A DNA stretch of 64,000 nt from an uncultured Nitrososphaeraceae archaeon (lineage in GTDB: Archaea > Thermoproteota > Nitrososphaeria > Nitrososphaerales > Nitrososphaeraceae). The translations under genes were made by a program, and so were the position numbers. The stretch is taken from NCBI GenBank assembly GCA_963729045.1, contig CAVSMN010000012.1:256001-320000 (forward strand), given 5' to 3'. The notes beneath the pieces are model-generated. The model saw only the letters and a program-made list of their open reading frames with translations. It searched no databases and was not told where the DNA came from. Positions 39,946-50,526 of this stretch are shown piece by piece; the stretch's first letter is position 1; the number at the start of each line of letters is the position of its first letter.

Positions 39946-41531
39946 ATGAGCGAAGACAAAAATTCGATCAAGACCGATTCTAATATTCCGGTAAAAAAGT
40001 ATTATACGCCGGCGATATCAAGAAAGAAAATGAATCTGACCCCGGTACTTATCCATATCTGAGAGGAATTTACCCTACCATGTATAGGGAACGTCATTGG
40101 ACAATGAGACAGTATAGTGGATTTGGTAGTGCAGAGGAGACAAATAACAGATTCAAGTTTCTTTTAGGTCATGGTCAGACAGGTTTGTCTCTGGCCTTTG
40201 ATTTACCTACTCAAACAGGGAGAGATTCGGATAATCCTCAATCGGAGGGCGAGGTAGGTAGAACAGGAGTAGCGATAAGTTCAATAGATGACATGTTAAC
40301 TTGTTTTAAAGATATTCCGCTTGATAAAGTAAGCACCTCTATGACCATTAATTCCACTGCCGCAACGCTGCTTTCATTGTACATTACAGTTGCAGAATCA
40401 CAAGGTGTATCGCCCTCCCAAATTAGAGGAACCACTCAGAACGATATCTTAAAAGAATATCATTCGAGAAATACATACATCTATCCCCCCCGACCATCAT
40501 TAAGACTTATTGGAGACATGATACAATATTGTTCAACTGAAGTATCTCAATTTTACCCAATAAGTATCTCTGGATATCATATCCGTGAAGCAGGTTCCAA
40601 TGCAATCCAAGAACTAGCCTTCACTTTTGCAGATGCTATTGAGTACATTAATACCTGCGTGGAAAGAGGACTGGATATAGATAATTTTGCACCTAGGCTT
40701 TCTTTTTTCTTTTGTTGTACTATGGAGTTTTTAGAGGAAGTTGCTAAATTCAGAGCAGCAAGAGTAATCTATTCTAGGATCATCAAAGAAAGATATCATG
40801 CAAAAGATCCAAAATCTTCACATTTAAGATTTCATGTTCAAACTAGTGGGGAAAGTCTAACTGCACAACAAGTTGATAATAATATCATCAGAGTTACAAC
40901 TGAAGCACTGGCTGCAGTTTTAGGCGGTTGCCAGTCTTTGCATACTAATTCCAGAGATGAGGCGTTGGCTTTACCTACTGAAGAGTCTGTTAAAATTGCT
41001 CTTCGAACCCAACAGGTGCTGGCCTACGAAACGGGAGTTACGAAAACAGTTGACCCATTAGCAGGTTCATATTATGTCGAGTATTTAACTGAACAAATTA
41101 TTGATGGGGTCAATTCTTACCTTGACAGAATTGACAAGATGGGTGGAGCATTGGCAGCAATTGAACGAAACTTTTTCCAGGAAGAAATTAGAAAAAATGC
41201 ATATTCCCTAAAAAAAGAAATCGACAGTAATGAAAGAACAATAGTAGGTGTAAACAAGTTTACAGACAAAAGAGACATCGAGCCAAAATTGGCTACCGTT
41301 GACCCTCAATTGGAAATAAAACAAGTAAATAGGCTAAAGGAATTTAAAAAGTCTCGCGATAATGTTAAGGTCCAAAACCAGATCTCTTCCTTGTTGTCTG
41401 CAGCCGAAAAACAAGATGTTAATTTGATGCCATATTTAATATCCTGTGTTAAAAACAAGGTGACCCTTGGCGAAATTAACGATACATTTAAAGAGATATT
41501 CGGGACCTATGTACCAAAAATCTCCTTTTGA
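39946..41531 (+). CDS. mcmA: Methylmalonyl-CoA mutase, substrate-binding (large) subunit; N-terminus offset by a 1-nt indel at ~40010
   Basis: ATG at 39946, then PG.YPY.RG.YPTMY...WTMRQYSGF, GLS.AFDLPTQ.G.DSD, QNDILKEY, ISGYHIREAG and QSLHTNS.DEA. No B12-binding domain is fused. Confidence 0.95.
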
Positions 41532-41542
41532 GTATTCATCTT

Positions 41543-43405
41543 TTATTCGTCTTTACTCTCATATAGTTTCAGAGAGTCTTGATTGTTACTCATAATGGTG
41601 TTGAATACTTTTCTACCGACTTCGGACTTTTTATCTATCTTTAATTTGGCTTTCTTTCCAATTTGATTGCTTATTAGTAGCTCATCTCCTAAAAATAAAT
41701 TAACCTTTTTTCCTATGTGCATTTCATCAACTAGTAAGTAAATCCTTGATCCTGATTCGGTGATACTAAATGCTACTTCATTACCAATGAGCGGAACTTT
41801 CGCTTCTACATCAATCTTGACTCCTAAGATTTTTTCTATTTCTGATATAGTTGAACCTCCTCTACCGATTATTCTGGGAATTACTTCTTTACTAACTATT
41901 ATTCTTATCTTATCATTGGAAATAATCTTGATTTCAGCTTTGGGATCAAATTTGCCTATTACTTCTCTTATCTTGGATTCTGCTAACTTATTTATCTTGT
42001 TATTTCTTTCTTTATCGGTTTTTTTATCAATATTTTTCAAAGGGATAATTATGTTTTCTTCTCCATAGGAGTAAATTTCATATTCTGTTTCCTTTGAAAA
42101 AAAGTCTCTGATCTCAACCACAGGCCTAGCAAGATCTTGTTCAACCATTCCTGCAGGGACTTTAACTGTCAAATTTAATTCATATATTTTTTCAATCTTG
42201 CCTCCGTGAATAAATATTACTGTGTCTATTACATGAGGAATCATACCTAATTCTATCTTGCCAATAAAGCGTTGAATCGCATCCAATGCTTCATTAGCAT
42301 GTATTACCCCTATCATCCCGATACCTGTAAGTCTCAGGTCTGCAAATAATTCAAAATCCTTTATCCGCCTTACTTCATCAAAGATGGTAAAGTCTGGTCT
42401 TACAAGTAATAGAAGGTCTGCAACCCTTTCATACCCGTTTTTAAAAGAACCATATTGTACCACATTCTCTGGTACCTGCAAATCTCTTGGTGATTCAAGA
42501 GTCTTGACAAGTTTATTATTTTGGACATAATGTTCTGCGATACTACTTGCAAATGTACTCTTGCCTGAACCAGGTCTCCCAGCTATCAAAATTCCCTCTG
42601 CCTCTTTTGATAGTCTATTTATTAAACTTATATCTAATTGGTATTCTTGTAAGGATAATTTCTTAATCGGTCTAACTGCAGTAATTTCTATTTTATTTGA
42701 CACGGGTGGTTGAGTGATGACAATTCTCAAATTCTTGTACATTATCACATAACATCCATCAAACGAAATTTCTATATTTGATATTTTTTTATTGTTTTCA
42801 GTAGAAAATAGGAAATTCATGATTTCATTTAAAGTTTGTTTATCCAATTTAGTGTCAGATATTTTCTCTAAGGTAAATTCTCCTGGAGTACCTTTCTTTG
42901 CTAATGGTTCTACTCCTTCTATCAAATGAACGCTCATTGATTTATCGTCAAAGTAATTTTCGATATTAAAAGATGCCGAGACTGGAGAGCGTATATGAAT
43001 GCTTGATATTCCAGTTGCGTTAGCAGCTAAATGTTGTATGTAATCAGCAGTAAATAATGTCGCATTCTCTTTTTCAGCTATTTCGGTAATAATTGCATCT
43101 ATTCTCCCATTCTTGGCTAGTTTTATGTCTTCTAAATTGGGCTTTTCCCCATAAATTCGGAGTAAGATATTATTTTCACTAGATTTTTCTCTAATCTTTC
43201 TAAGTTCTGCAAGTCCCATGAACCCGTGTTCTCTCTGCTTACATGCCTGCGACTGCAGCTCATCAATTGCAGCTCGAGGAATTATAATTTCAAAATTATC
43301 ATCAATATCTTTGTTATCAATTTCATGACTTATATGGCCATCTATTATGATACTTGTATCTAAAACAATTTTTTTCTTCAAATTGACTATGATCAGATCA
43401 ATCAC
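41543..43405 (-). CDS. PIN domain + P-loop ATPase + KH protein (PINA-type)
   Basis: VLDTS..IDG PIN domain, AGRPGSGKST, ESPRDL, DEVR...DF...DLRL.G.GM.GV.HA and IIGRGG.TI KH motif. Confidence 0.92.
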   Translation of the reverse strand: MIDLIIVNLKKKIVLDTSIIIDGHISHEIDNKDIDDNFEIIIPRAAIDELQSQACKQREHGFMGLAELRKIREKSSENNILLRIYGEKPNLEDIKLAKNGRIDAIITEIAEKENATLFTADYIQHLAANATGISSIHIRSPVSASFNIENYFDDKSMSVHLIEGVEPLAKKGTPGEFTLEKISDTKLDKQTLNEIMNFLFSTENNKKISNIEISFDGCYVIMYKNLRIVITQPPVSNKIEITAVRPIKKLSLQEYQLDISLINRLSKEAEGILIAGRPGSGKSTFASSIAEHYVQNNKLVKTLESPRDLQVPENVVQYGSFKNGYERVADLLLLVRPDFTIFDEVRRIKDFELFADLRLTGIGMIGVIHANEALDAIQRFIGKIELGMIPHVIDTVIFIHGGKIEKIYELNLTVKVPAGMVEQDLARPVVEIRDFFSKETEYEIYSYGEENIIIPLKNIDKKTDKERNNKINKLAESKIREVIGKFDPKAEIKIISNDKIRIIVSKEVIPRIIGRGGSTISEIEKILGVKIDVEAKVPLIGNEVAFSITESGSRIYLLVDEMHIGKKVNLFLGDELLISNQIGKKAKLKIDKKSEVGRKVFNTIMSNNQDSLKLYESKDE

Positions 43406-43779
43406 CAGATTCTTAAAAAAGGTTACTAGGTGGAAGATATCGTAAATAACTTGGATTGTCTAAAATTGTTTATAACGAAGAATTAGACATTCTATAATCA
43501 AATACTTTTAATCACAGTTATTAAAATTAATTTAATGATTCCTGAGGCCTAAAATATTCTGTAAAATTATAATTACTTCAAAAAGAGAAATGATGATGAA
43601 ATTTCCCCGAAATTAATCTTTCAGGATAATTCGTTAATTATTCGTACATTTATTTCTCTTATGTTTCCATGAGATTTGTTCCTAACCCAAATTTCTTGAA
43701 ATCTTCCTTCTGATTTCAAGGTAAACAGACCGGCTTTTTTAAAATTTGTAGGGTTAGTGAGTCAAATGTCTGTTAAAAT

Positions 43780-44612
43780 TTAGTCCTCAATTATGACATT
43801 ATCAGCTATAAAATATGAAACCAGTTCATCATTGTTTTCATATATTATGATTAATTTCCATGAAGGAAATCCATCATCAATATTTGGCACTGTTAAGAAA
43901 TCAGTATTCATAAATACGAAATGATCCAGGATTATCTTCGCAAAATTATTCGAATCTACATTAATTATTTTGCCGGTTCCCATGTTCTGATCAACCAGAT
44001 AAACATCCAAATTGTCATAATCCTCACCACATTTCTGGAAAATACAAATATTTCTCCTGGTTGAAGAATCAAATTATTAGGTAGTTGTAGATAATTGTAG
44101 TACTCGTCAATACTATTGGTGTCGTCATTCTCTGTTACTTGATAATCAAAATCGATGATAATTTCTTTATTATTATTTGATAAGGATTCTATGCATGGAG
44201 TTTTTTCATTAATTCCACGTGAGTTTGAACTAGTACCATCAATGGTAGTACAAGGGCTTCGTGAGGGATTACTTGTAATGTTACCTGAGGTTGAATTGGA
44301 AGTCAATTTATCAAGGATTATAGGATCGACTTGTATTTCTATTTGATTTTGGTTTAATGGAAGAATGGAAATAATGTTTTTATCATAGGTCATAAGTGGA
44401 TTGTTCACAGAAAAATTTGATTTATCTTGAGGTATATTTATCATTGGTGCGTCATCATATGCACTTAGTATACTGTTTGATTTGGATAGATTTTGACTAA
44501 AGAACGATTGAGAGTTAGATCCGACGTTTGTGAAAGTTATTAGAATCAATGGGGCATAAATCCCGGCGCCAAATAGTAATATCTTGCACATTTTTACGTT
44601 TAATATATACAC
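43780..44612 (-). CDS. Hypothetical secreted or membrane-anchored Asn/Ser-rich protein (frameshifted at ~44040)
   Basis: Hydrophobic N-terminal segment. The two track ORFs join with one added base (...VFFQKCGEDYDNLDVYL...). Confidence 0.55.
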
Positions 44613-45127
44613 TCTTCATCCCTATTTTTCATATAGTTATTGCCAATTATTGCAAATAGCGTTAAATGACATTAAAATGAGTGGATAAGAAAGAACTCTG
44701 ATTCGATTGATATGAAACCAATATGATGGTTTATCTAACAATTATGCCAAGGTGATCATTTTAGAAGTATCCATTTATCTACTTGAGATTAACATGTTAA
44801 AGACACCTGACTTATTTTTGCATTTTGTAGAATCCGATTCACTTCATTCATCTGAGCGACAGATCAAAACGTTATATTTACTAAAATATTCAAATTTCTA
44901 ATAAAATAAATGTTGTTAGTATATCTACTCTATTAACATAATTTCTGATTTTGGATTTTCAATATAGCCACTTAGACGACAGCTTCATTTATTTTAGTAC
45001 ATAAAGCGTAGTAGTAGGTTATTATGTATTTTTCCTAAGGTTATACCATACCCGTCTCAAAATATTAATTAGATGAAATCTAAGCTTTAAATTATATTAT
45101 TGAATAGTCCAAATTACAATAGTTTAA

Positions 45128-45913
45128 TTGAGTAAATTGGAATTGAAAAATATAACTAAATCCTTTTCAGTGAATTCATCATCAGGTGAAAGGAGAAGGG
45201 TTTTAGCTGTAGATAATATAAATTTATCAATTGAAGAGGGACAATTTGTGTGTTTTGTAGGTCCCTCAGGGTGTGGTAAATCTACCCTACTTAACATTAT
45301 TGCAGGTTTAGATAAGCCATCTGAAGGAGAATTGGTTCTTAACGGACAATCGGTGCTTGGAACCGGTCCCGATCGCATTATGGTCTTTCAAGAAAATGCT
45401 TTGTTCCCCTGGTTAAGCGTTATCGACAATGTTGAATTTGGATTAAAAATGGTTGGAGTTGAAAAAGAAAAACGTAACAAAATTGCATTACATTACCTTG
45501 AAATGATGGATTTGAGCAAATTCTCCAAATCCTATACTTATCAGCTCTCGGGCGGGATGAAACAGAGGGTTGCAATTGCACGTGCTTTAGTAATGGATCC
45601 TGACATACTGCTCATGGATGAACCTTTTGCTGCACTTGACTCGCAGACTCGTGATCTTCTATTAGTTGAACTTCAATTGATATGGGCTAAAACCAGAAAG
45701 ACAATAATATTTGTAACTCATAATATATCTGAATCAATATGCCTCGGTGACAGGGTTGTGGTCTTCACAAAGAGACCGGCTCGCGTTAAGAAGGAGATTC
45801 AGATTGATTATCGGAGACCAAGGTTATCTGAAGATTCTAATTTATTTGAATATAATAGACTAGTCCTCGATGAATTAAAAAGTGAAATAACCCAACACAA
45901 AAGAACAATCTGA
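45128..45913 (+). CDS. ABC transporter ATP-binding protein, NitT/TauT (SsuB/TauB) type
   Basis: GPSGCGKST, VFQE.ALFPW, LSGGMKQR, MDEPFAALD and FVTH. Confidence 0.93.
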   Translation: MSKLELKNITKSFSVNSSSGERRRVLAVDNINLSIEEGQFVCFVGPSGCGKSTLLNIIAGLDKPSEGELVLNGQSVLGTGPDRIMVFQENALFPWLSVIDNVEFGLKMVGVEKEKRNKIALHYLEMMDLSKFSKSYTYQLSGGMKQRVAIARALVMDPDILLMDEPFAALDSQTRDLLLVELQLIWAKTRKTIIFVTHNISESICLGDRVVVFTKRPARVKKEIQIDYRRPRLSEDSNLFEYNRLVLDELKSEITQHKRTI

Positions 45914-45928
45914 TAGACTTTTGCCATA

Positions 45929-46702
45929 CTAAACTGAGTTCTTCAAAACTTTGATCCCTTCATCAAAACTATTGGGCGAGGTAATCAGAATATGATCCGT
46001 TTCTTTATAAACTTCTTTTAAGAATCCTAGGAAATTATCTTGATATTCACTCCAATCCAAACCTATCATAGTAGCTGCCCCTTCATTCTTTACCGAAGGT
46101 ACCATGATGCAAGGGATAAGCTTGATATGGTTGGGTTTCATCAGATCTTTTAAATCTCTGATCTCTTGAATTGAATTAATCGATTGTGTGATAAACCTGT
46201 GGGGTTTTGAATTTACCTTCTTCTGGAATAGTTTATGATTTGAAACCTTGTTTGGTATAGACAAATCGAGATCTATCAATTTGTCAAATCCTATGGAAGT
46301 TAAAAGCTTGACTACCTCTGTTGGATTTGAAAGTGAGGGTGTTCGTTCTGAATTTTCAAACGCAGGTTTGTCACCTTGAATAAATAAAAGTCCGCTAATT
46401 TTCAAAATTATAGCGTCTGTTGTCATTTGTATAATAGAATTCATGTTCCTATCTCTTGTCCTCACACTACAACTCATATTCAAGCTTACATTGGTTAGAT
46501 TATTCATTATCATCTGTGCTGCATGAATACTTGAAAATCTGGGGATACCAAGTACAGAATCGGTAATATGGATGTAGTTTGTGAAATTTGAAATAATTTT
46601 TGCTCTGTTAAGGAATTTAATTAATTCTTGATTTAAAAGTGCAATATCTATTCTCTGACTATTTAAAATTTTTGGAGGGTTTAACTCATAAATTAGATTC
46701 AT
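45929..46702 (-). CDS. Methylenetetrahydrofolate reductase-like (MetF fold) protein, divergent
   Basis: YELNPPK, ITDS.LG.PR, R.RDRN, ..QGD.P, KK....FITQ and IPC. Confidence 0.7.
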   Translation of the reverse strand: MNLIYELNPPKILNSQRIDIALLNQELIKFLNRAKIISNFTNYIHITDSVLGIPRFSSIHAAQMIMNNLTNVSLNMSCSVRTRDRNMNSIIQMTTDAIILKISGLLFIQGDKPAFENSERTPSLSNPTEVVKLLTSIGFDKLIDLDLSIPNKVSNHKLFQKKVNSKPHRFITQSINSIQEIRDLKDLMKPNHIKLIPCIMVPSVKNEGAATMIGLDWSEYQDNFLGFLKEVYKETDHILITSPNSFDEGIKVLKNSV

Positions 46703-46779
46703 TTTTTAGTTTAGTTAAATGAGTATGACTACAGTAAAAAAAGGTTTTTTAGATAATATTATTATCATAGCTCCTAGTT

Positions 46780-47370
46780 TTGATTTCTGAAAAAGAATTC
46801 ATCGAACTTGTCACGGAGAAAAGCGACTCCTTAGAAAATTTTAAAAATATTGATTTGAGAGCAGGAGGTGAATTCAACACGGAACAATCTAGCGTGCTTG
46901 TTATAATTCATTTTAATCATGAATTTACTCCAACCATCATATTCACAAAACGAAGTTCAAATCTAAGGAATCACGCAGGGGAAATTTCCTTCCCAGGAGG
47001 TAGAGTTTCTGACCAAGATCGTTCTATTATGGAGACGGCAATAAGAGAGACCTATGAAGAAATAGGCCTCTCAATTCAAAAAGAAAAAATCATTGGATCT
47101 CTCGCTCCCACAAATACCTATACAACTAAAATACTTATCTACCCCTTTATTGTGATACTTGGAAAAATATCATTTCCCTTTGAGCCTAATGAAGAAGTAG
47201 AACAAGTGATTGAAATACCCCTTGAAATTTTGCGCGATCGCATATCTATCGATGAGGACCACTCAAGCAGCGATAATAAGATGTTTAAATTTAATGTGGA
47301 TGGCTATTTAATCTGGGGGGCTACCGCTAGAATATTAAAAAATTTATTAGACTTGATATATCCTATATAG
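46780..47370 (+). CDS. Nudix hydrolase, CoA pyrophosphatase (NudL/PCD1) type
   Basis: TKRS..LR.H.GEISFPGG...ETAIRET.EEIG, PN.EV and IWGATA.IL. Confidence 0.92.
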   Translation: MISEKEFIELVTEKSDSLENFKNIDLRAGGEFNTEQSSVLVIIHFNHEFTPTIIFTKRSSNLRNHAGEISFPGGRVSDQDRSIMETAIRETYEEIGLSIQKEKIIGSLAPTNTYTTKILIYPFIVILGKISFPFEPNEEVEQVIEIPLEILRDRISIDEDHSSSDNKMFKFNVDGYLIWGATARILKNLLDLIYPI

Positions 47371-47393
47371 GAAATTTTTATAGGTTCTTGGTC

Positions 47394-48434
47394 TTAGTCA
47401 TATCCAATGTCCGTTAATAGACTAATGAACTTATTACTAAATTCTTTTGTTGACAACTTGCCGCCTATATCTATTGTTTTGATATTCTTGATGAACAAAT
47501 CATCAACTGCTTTCTCTATTTTGATTGACTGAACTATCAAATTACTATCTTGGTATTTCTCACCTAACCAGTCAAACATCATCTTGAGTGCAAGAATAAA
47601 TGATGTAGGGTTAGCCACATTCTTGCCTGCGATATCAAAAGCAGCACCATGCACCGGTTCAAACATTCCAAAGTCTTTTCCAATATTTGCAGCAGGAGCT
47701 AATCCAATGCTTCCTGTAATTTGCGCAGCTTCATCTGATATAATATCGCCAAATAAATTGGTGGTTAAAATAGTGTCAAATCGATTTGGATTCCTTATTA
47801 ATTCCATGGCACACGCATCAACGTACATTTGTTCAAATTCAATATTGGGATATCCTTTGGCCACCTCTTTTGAAGTATCTATAAAAAGTCTATCACTTAG
47901 TCTTAGCACATTTGATTTGTGAACAATCGTTACCTTCTTTCCTTCCCTTGAATTTGCTATTTTGAACGCATGCTCCGCAATAAGTCTGGATGCTTCCCTA
48001 CTAATCTTCCTTAGGGATATGACCGTATCGTCGTCCGAATAAAATTCCCAACCCAGGTATAAATCCTCCGTGTTCTCCCTGACGGTAATTAGGTCAACAT
48101 TGCTTGAGATAGATGGGATATTTGGGTAGTTTTTGGATGGTCTTACATTAGCATATAATTCAAAATATCTCCTCAATACTAGGACAACGTCCGCAGCCGA
48201 TTCTCCAACTGGAGATTTTAGACAAGCTTGAGAGTTTTTAATCTTTTCAAAGGTTTCATCTGGAAGGGGTTTGTTATACTTTAATTTGGCATTATCGCCA
48301 GCTTCTACTCTTGAAATATTGAACTTTAGGGTTGATGATTTGTCATGTATATTCATTAAAATGCTGTATACACATTCTGACAATTCAGGACCAATACCGT
48401 CACCCTCAAGAAGGGATATATCATATGTAGTCAT
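47394..48434 (-). CDS. leuB: 3-isopropylmalate dehydrogenase (isocitrate/isopropylmalate family)
   Basis: GDGIGPE, LR....LYANVRP, RENTE.LY, HKSNV, NLFGDI.SD and EPVHG.AFDIAG. Last gene of the ilv-leu operon. Confidence 0.9.
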   Translation of the reverse strand: MTTYDISLLEGDGIGPELSECVYSILMNIHDKSSTLKFNISRVEAGDNAKLKYNKPLPDETFEKIKNSQACLKSPVGESAADVVLVLRRYFELYANVRPSKNYPNIPSISSNVDLITVRENTEDLYLGWEFYSDDDTVISLRKISREASRLIAEHAFKIANSREGKKVTIVHKSNVLRLSDRLFIDTSKEVAKGYPNIEFEQMYVDACAMELIRNPNRFDTILTTNLFGDIISDEAAQITGSIGLAPAANIGKDFGMFEPVHGAAFDIAGKNVANPTSFILALKMMFDWLGEKYQDSNLIVQSIKIEKAVDDLFIKNIKTIDIGGKLSTKEFSNKFISLLTDIGYD

Positions 48435-48463
48435 TCATAAGTCTCTCATGATCAAGGATGTAG

Positions 48464-49994
48464 TTACTTGGTAGGCTCTCCACTTTGAATCATCTTTTTT
48501 AACATTGTTTTATTTATGGCATCAATCATCGCCTGAACAGAAGCCACGACAATATCTTCTCCAGATTTCCTAGCAGAAATAATGTTACCTTCTTTATCTT
48601 CTACTTTTACGGATACTTCAGCCAATGCATCCGAGCCTCCCGTAATTGAATCAAGCTTATATTCTCTTATTTTGATATTTGCAATACCATGAGCAATAGT
48701 TTGTATAGCCTTTAATGCTGAATCTACTGGTCCGACACCAGTCTCTGAGGCGATAAAATCTTTGCCATGAATATTAAGTTTAACCACTGCGGTTGGAATG
48801 ATATGCAGTCCAGTGACTATATGAAAATCATTAAGTTTAAAATTTTCATCGAATTTCTTGTTCTTTAAGTACTTCAGATGCTATAGATAACAAATCAGAA
48901 GTAGTTATAGATTTTCCACCATCTGCTATCGATTTCTGTTTTTCTACAATTTCTTTGAGCTGCAAATCCGAAGCCGTAATTCCAAACTCATCGAGGATTG
49001 CTTTGATACCATGTGCACCAGCATGTTTACCGGCTTGCATCCACCTTTTTCTACCGACTAATTCAGGGCTAATGGGTTCGTATGTCAATGGATTATTGAT
49101 AATTCCATGTGTATGTATGCCTGATTCATGTCCAAACGCATTCTCCCCTATTATGGCCTTATTCGGTTGTACAATAATTCCCATTGCACTAGAAACAAAC
49201 TTTGAAACATCATACAATTGTTCGGTTTTGATATTATGAGGTATTTGATAGAGACACTGACATGCCATGACTAATTCTTCTAATGCCGCATTCCCTGCTC
49301 TCTCGCCTAGTCCGTTTATGGTTACATGCGCACAGGCCGCACCTGCTTGAAATCCGGCTATTGAATTTGCAACAGCCAATCCAAAATCATTATGACAATG
49401 GACACTTACAGGTAATCCGGTTACCTCTGCAACTCCTGATACCAATTTTGATATGTACTGTGGTGTTGAATAGCCTACGGTGTCAGGAATGTCGATCCTA
49501 TCGGCGCCAGCTTCTGCAACTGATTTAAATATCTTATTTAAAAATTGAATCTCAGATCTAGTAGCATCTTCGGCGGAAAATTCTACAACTAATCCATGTT
49601 TTTTTGCATATTCTACTGCGTAAATAGCCTTTTCCAACACTTGTTCCCTTGTCATCTTTAGTTTATACTGTAAATGTATATCAGATGTTGCAATGAATGT
49701 GTGAATATATTTTAAATCACTTTTGAGTGCGACATCAATATCATTTTGAGTGGTACGCGCCAAGCCACAGACCTCTGCGTTCAATCCTTGCTTAATTATT
49801 TTTTTTATGGCTTCCACTTCTCCTGGTGAGACTACTGGAAATCCCGCTTCAATTGTGTCTACACCCAACTCATCCAACTTCATTGCTATTTCTAATTTTT
49901 GATCCGGAGAAACTGTTACTCCTGGGGTCTGCTCACCGTCCCTTAAGGTAGTATCAAAAATTCTGATTTTCTTTTTGTTCTCAGAGGTGGTCAT
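48464..49994 (-). CDS. leuA: 2-isopropylmalate synthase (regulatory domain offset by a +1 indel at ~48865)
   Basis: FDTTLRDGEQ, HCHND.GLA, GERAGN, HESGIH and C-terminal G.GPVD. Confidence 0.93.
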
Positions 49995-50520
49995 TTACAG
50001 CTCCCCTAGGCAAAGCAGAAACACCTGTTCTGGCTACTTGGATTATACCATAACTTGAAACAAGATTTTTAAATGCATCAATCTTGTCTGGAGTCCCGAT
50101 TATTTCCACAGTAATAGTTTCGTTACTAATGTCCATTATGTTACCCCTATATATGGAAGCAAAATTTGCAATTTCTATCCTGGTGGTGGGATCTTTGGCG
50201 TTCATCTTGATCAGTGCCAATTCTCTGTATACGGCGTTCTCCTTGTTTAGTACATTGATTTGGATTACATCAATCAATTTTTGTAATTGCTTTACTAATT
50301 GCTCTAGTGTTTTAACATCCGATACCGTGGTAATAGTCATCCTTGATAAGTCAGGTTTTTCAGTTATTCCTACAGTAATACTTTCGATATTGAAGTTCCT
50401 GGACCTAAATAGATTGGTAATTCTAAAAAGGACTCCCGGTTTATTTTCGACAATGACTGACAGAATATACATCTTGTTTTCATTATCATCATCAAAAATT
50501 GTGTTCTTATTTTTTTGCAT
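49981..50520 (-). CDS. ilvN: Acetolactate synthase small (regulatory) subunit
   Basis: VENKPGVL.RI..LF..R.FNIESI.VG, RELALIK and ARTG. Confidence 0.95.
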   Translation of the reverse strand: MQKNKNTIFDDDNENKMYILSVIVENKPGVLFRITNLFRSRNFNIESITVGITEKPDLSRMTITTVSDVKTLEQLVKQLQKLIDVIQINVLNKENAVYRELALIKMNAKDPTTRIEIANFASIYRGNIMDISNETITVEIIGTPDKIDAFKNLVSSYGIIQVARTGVSALPRGAVNDHL

Positions 50521-50526
50521 ACCTTA

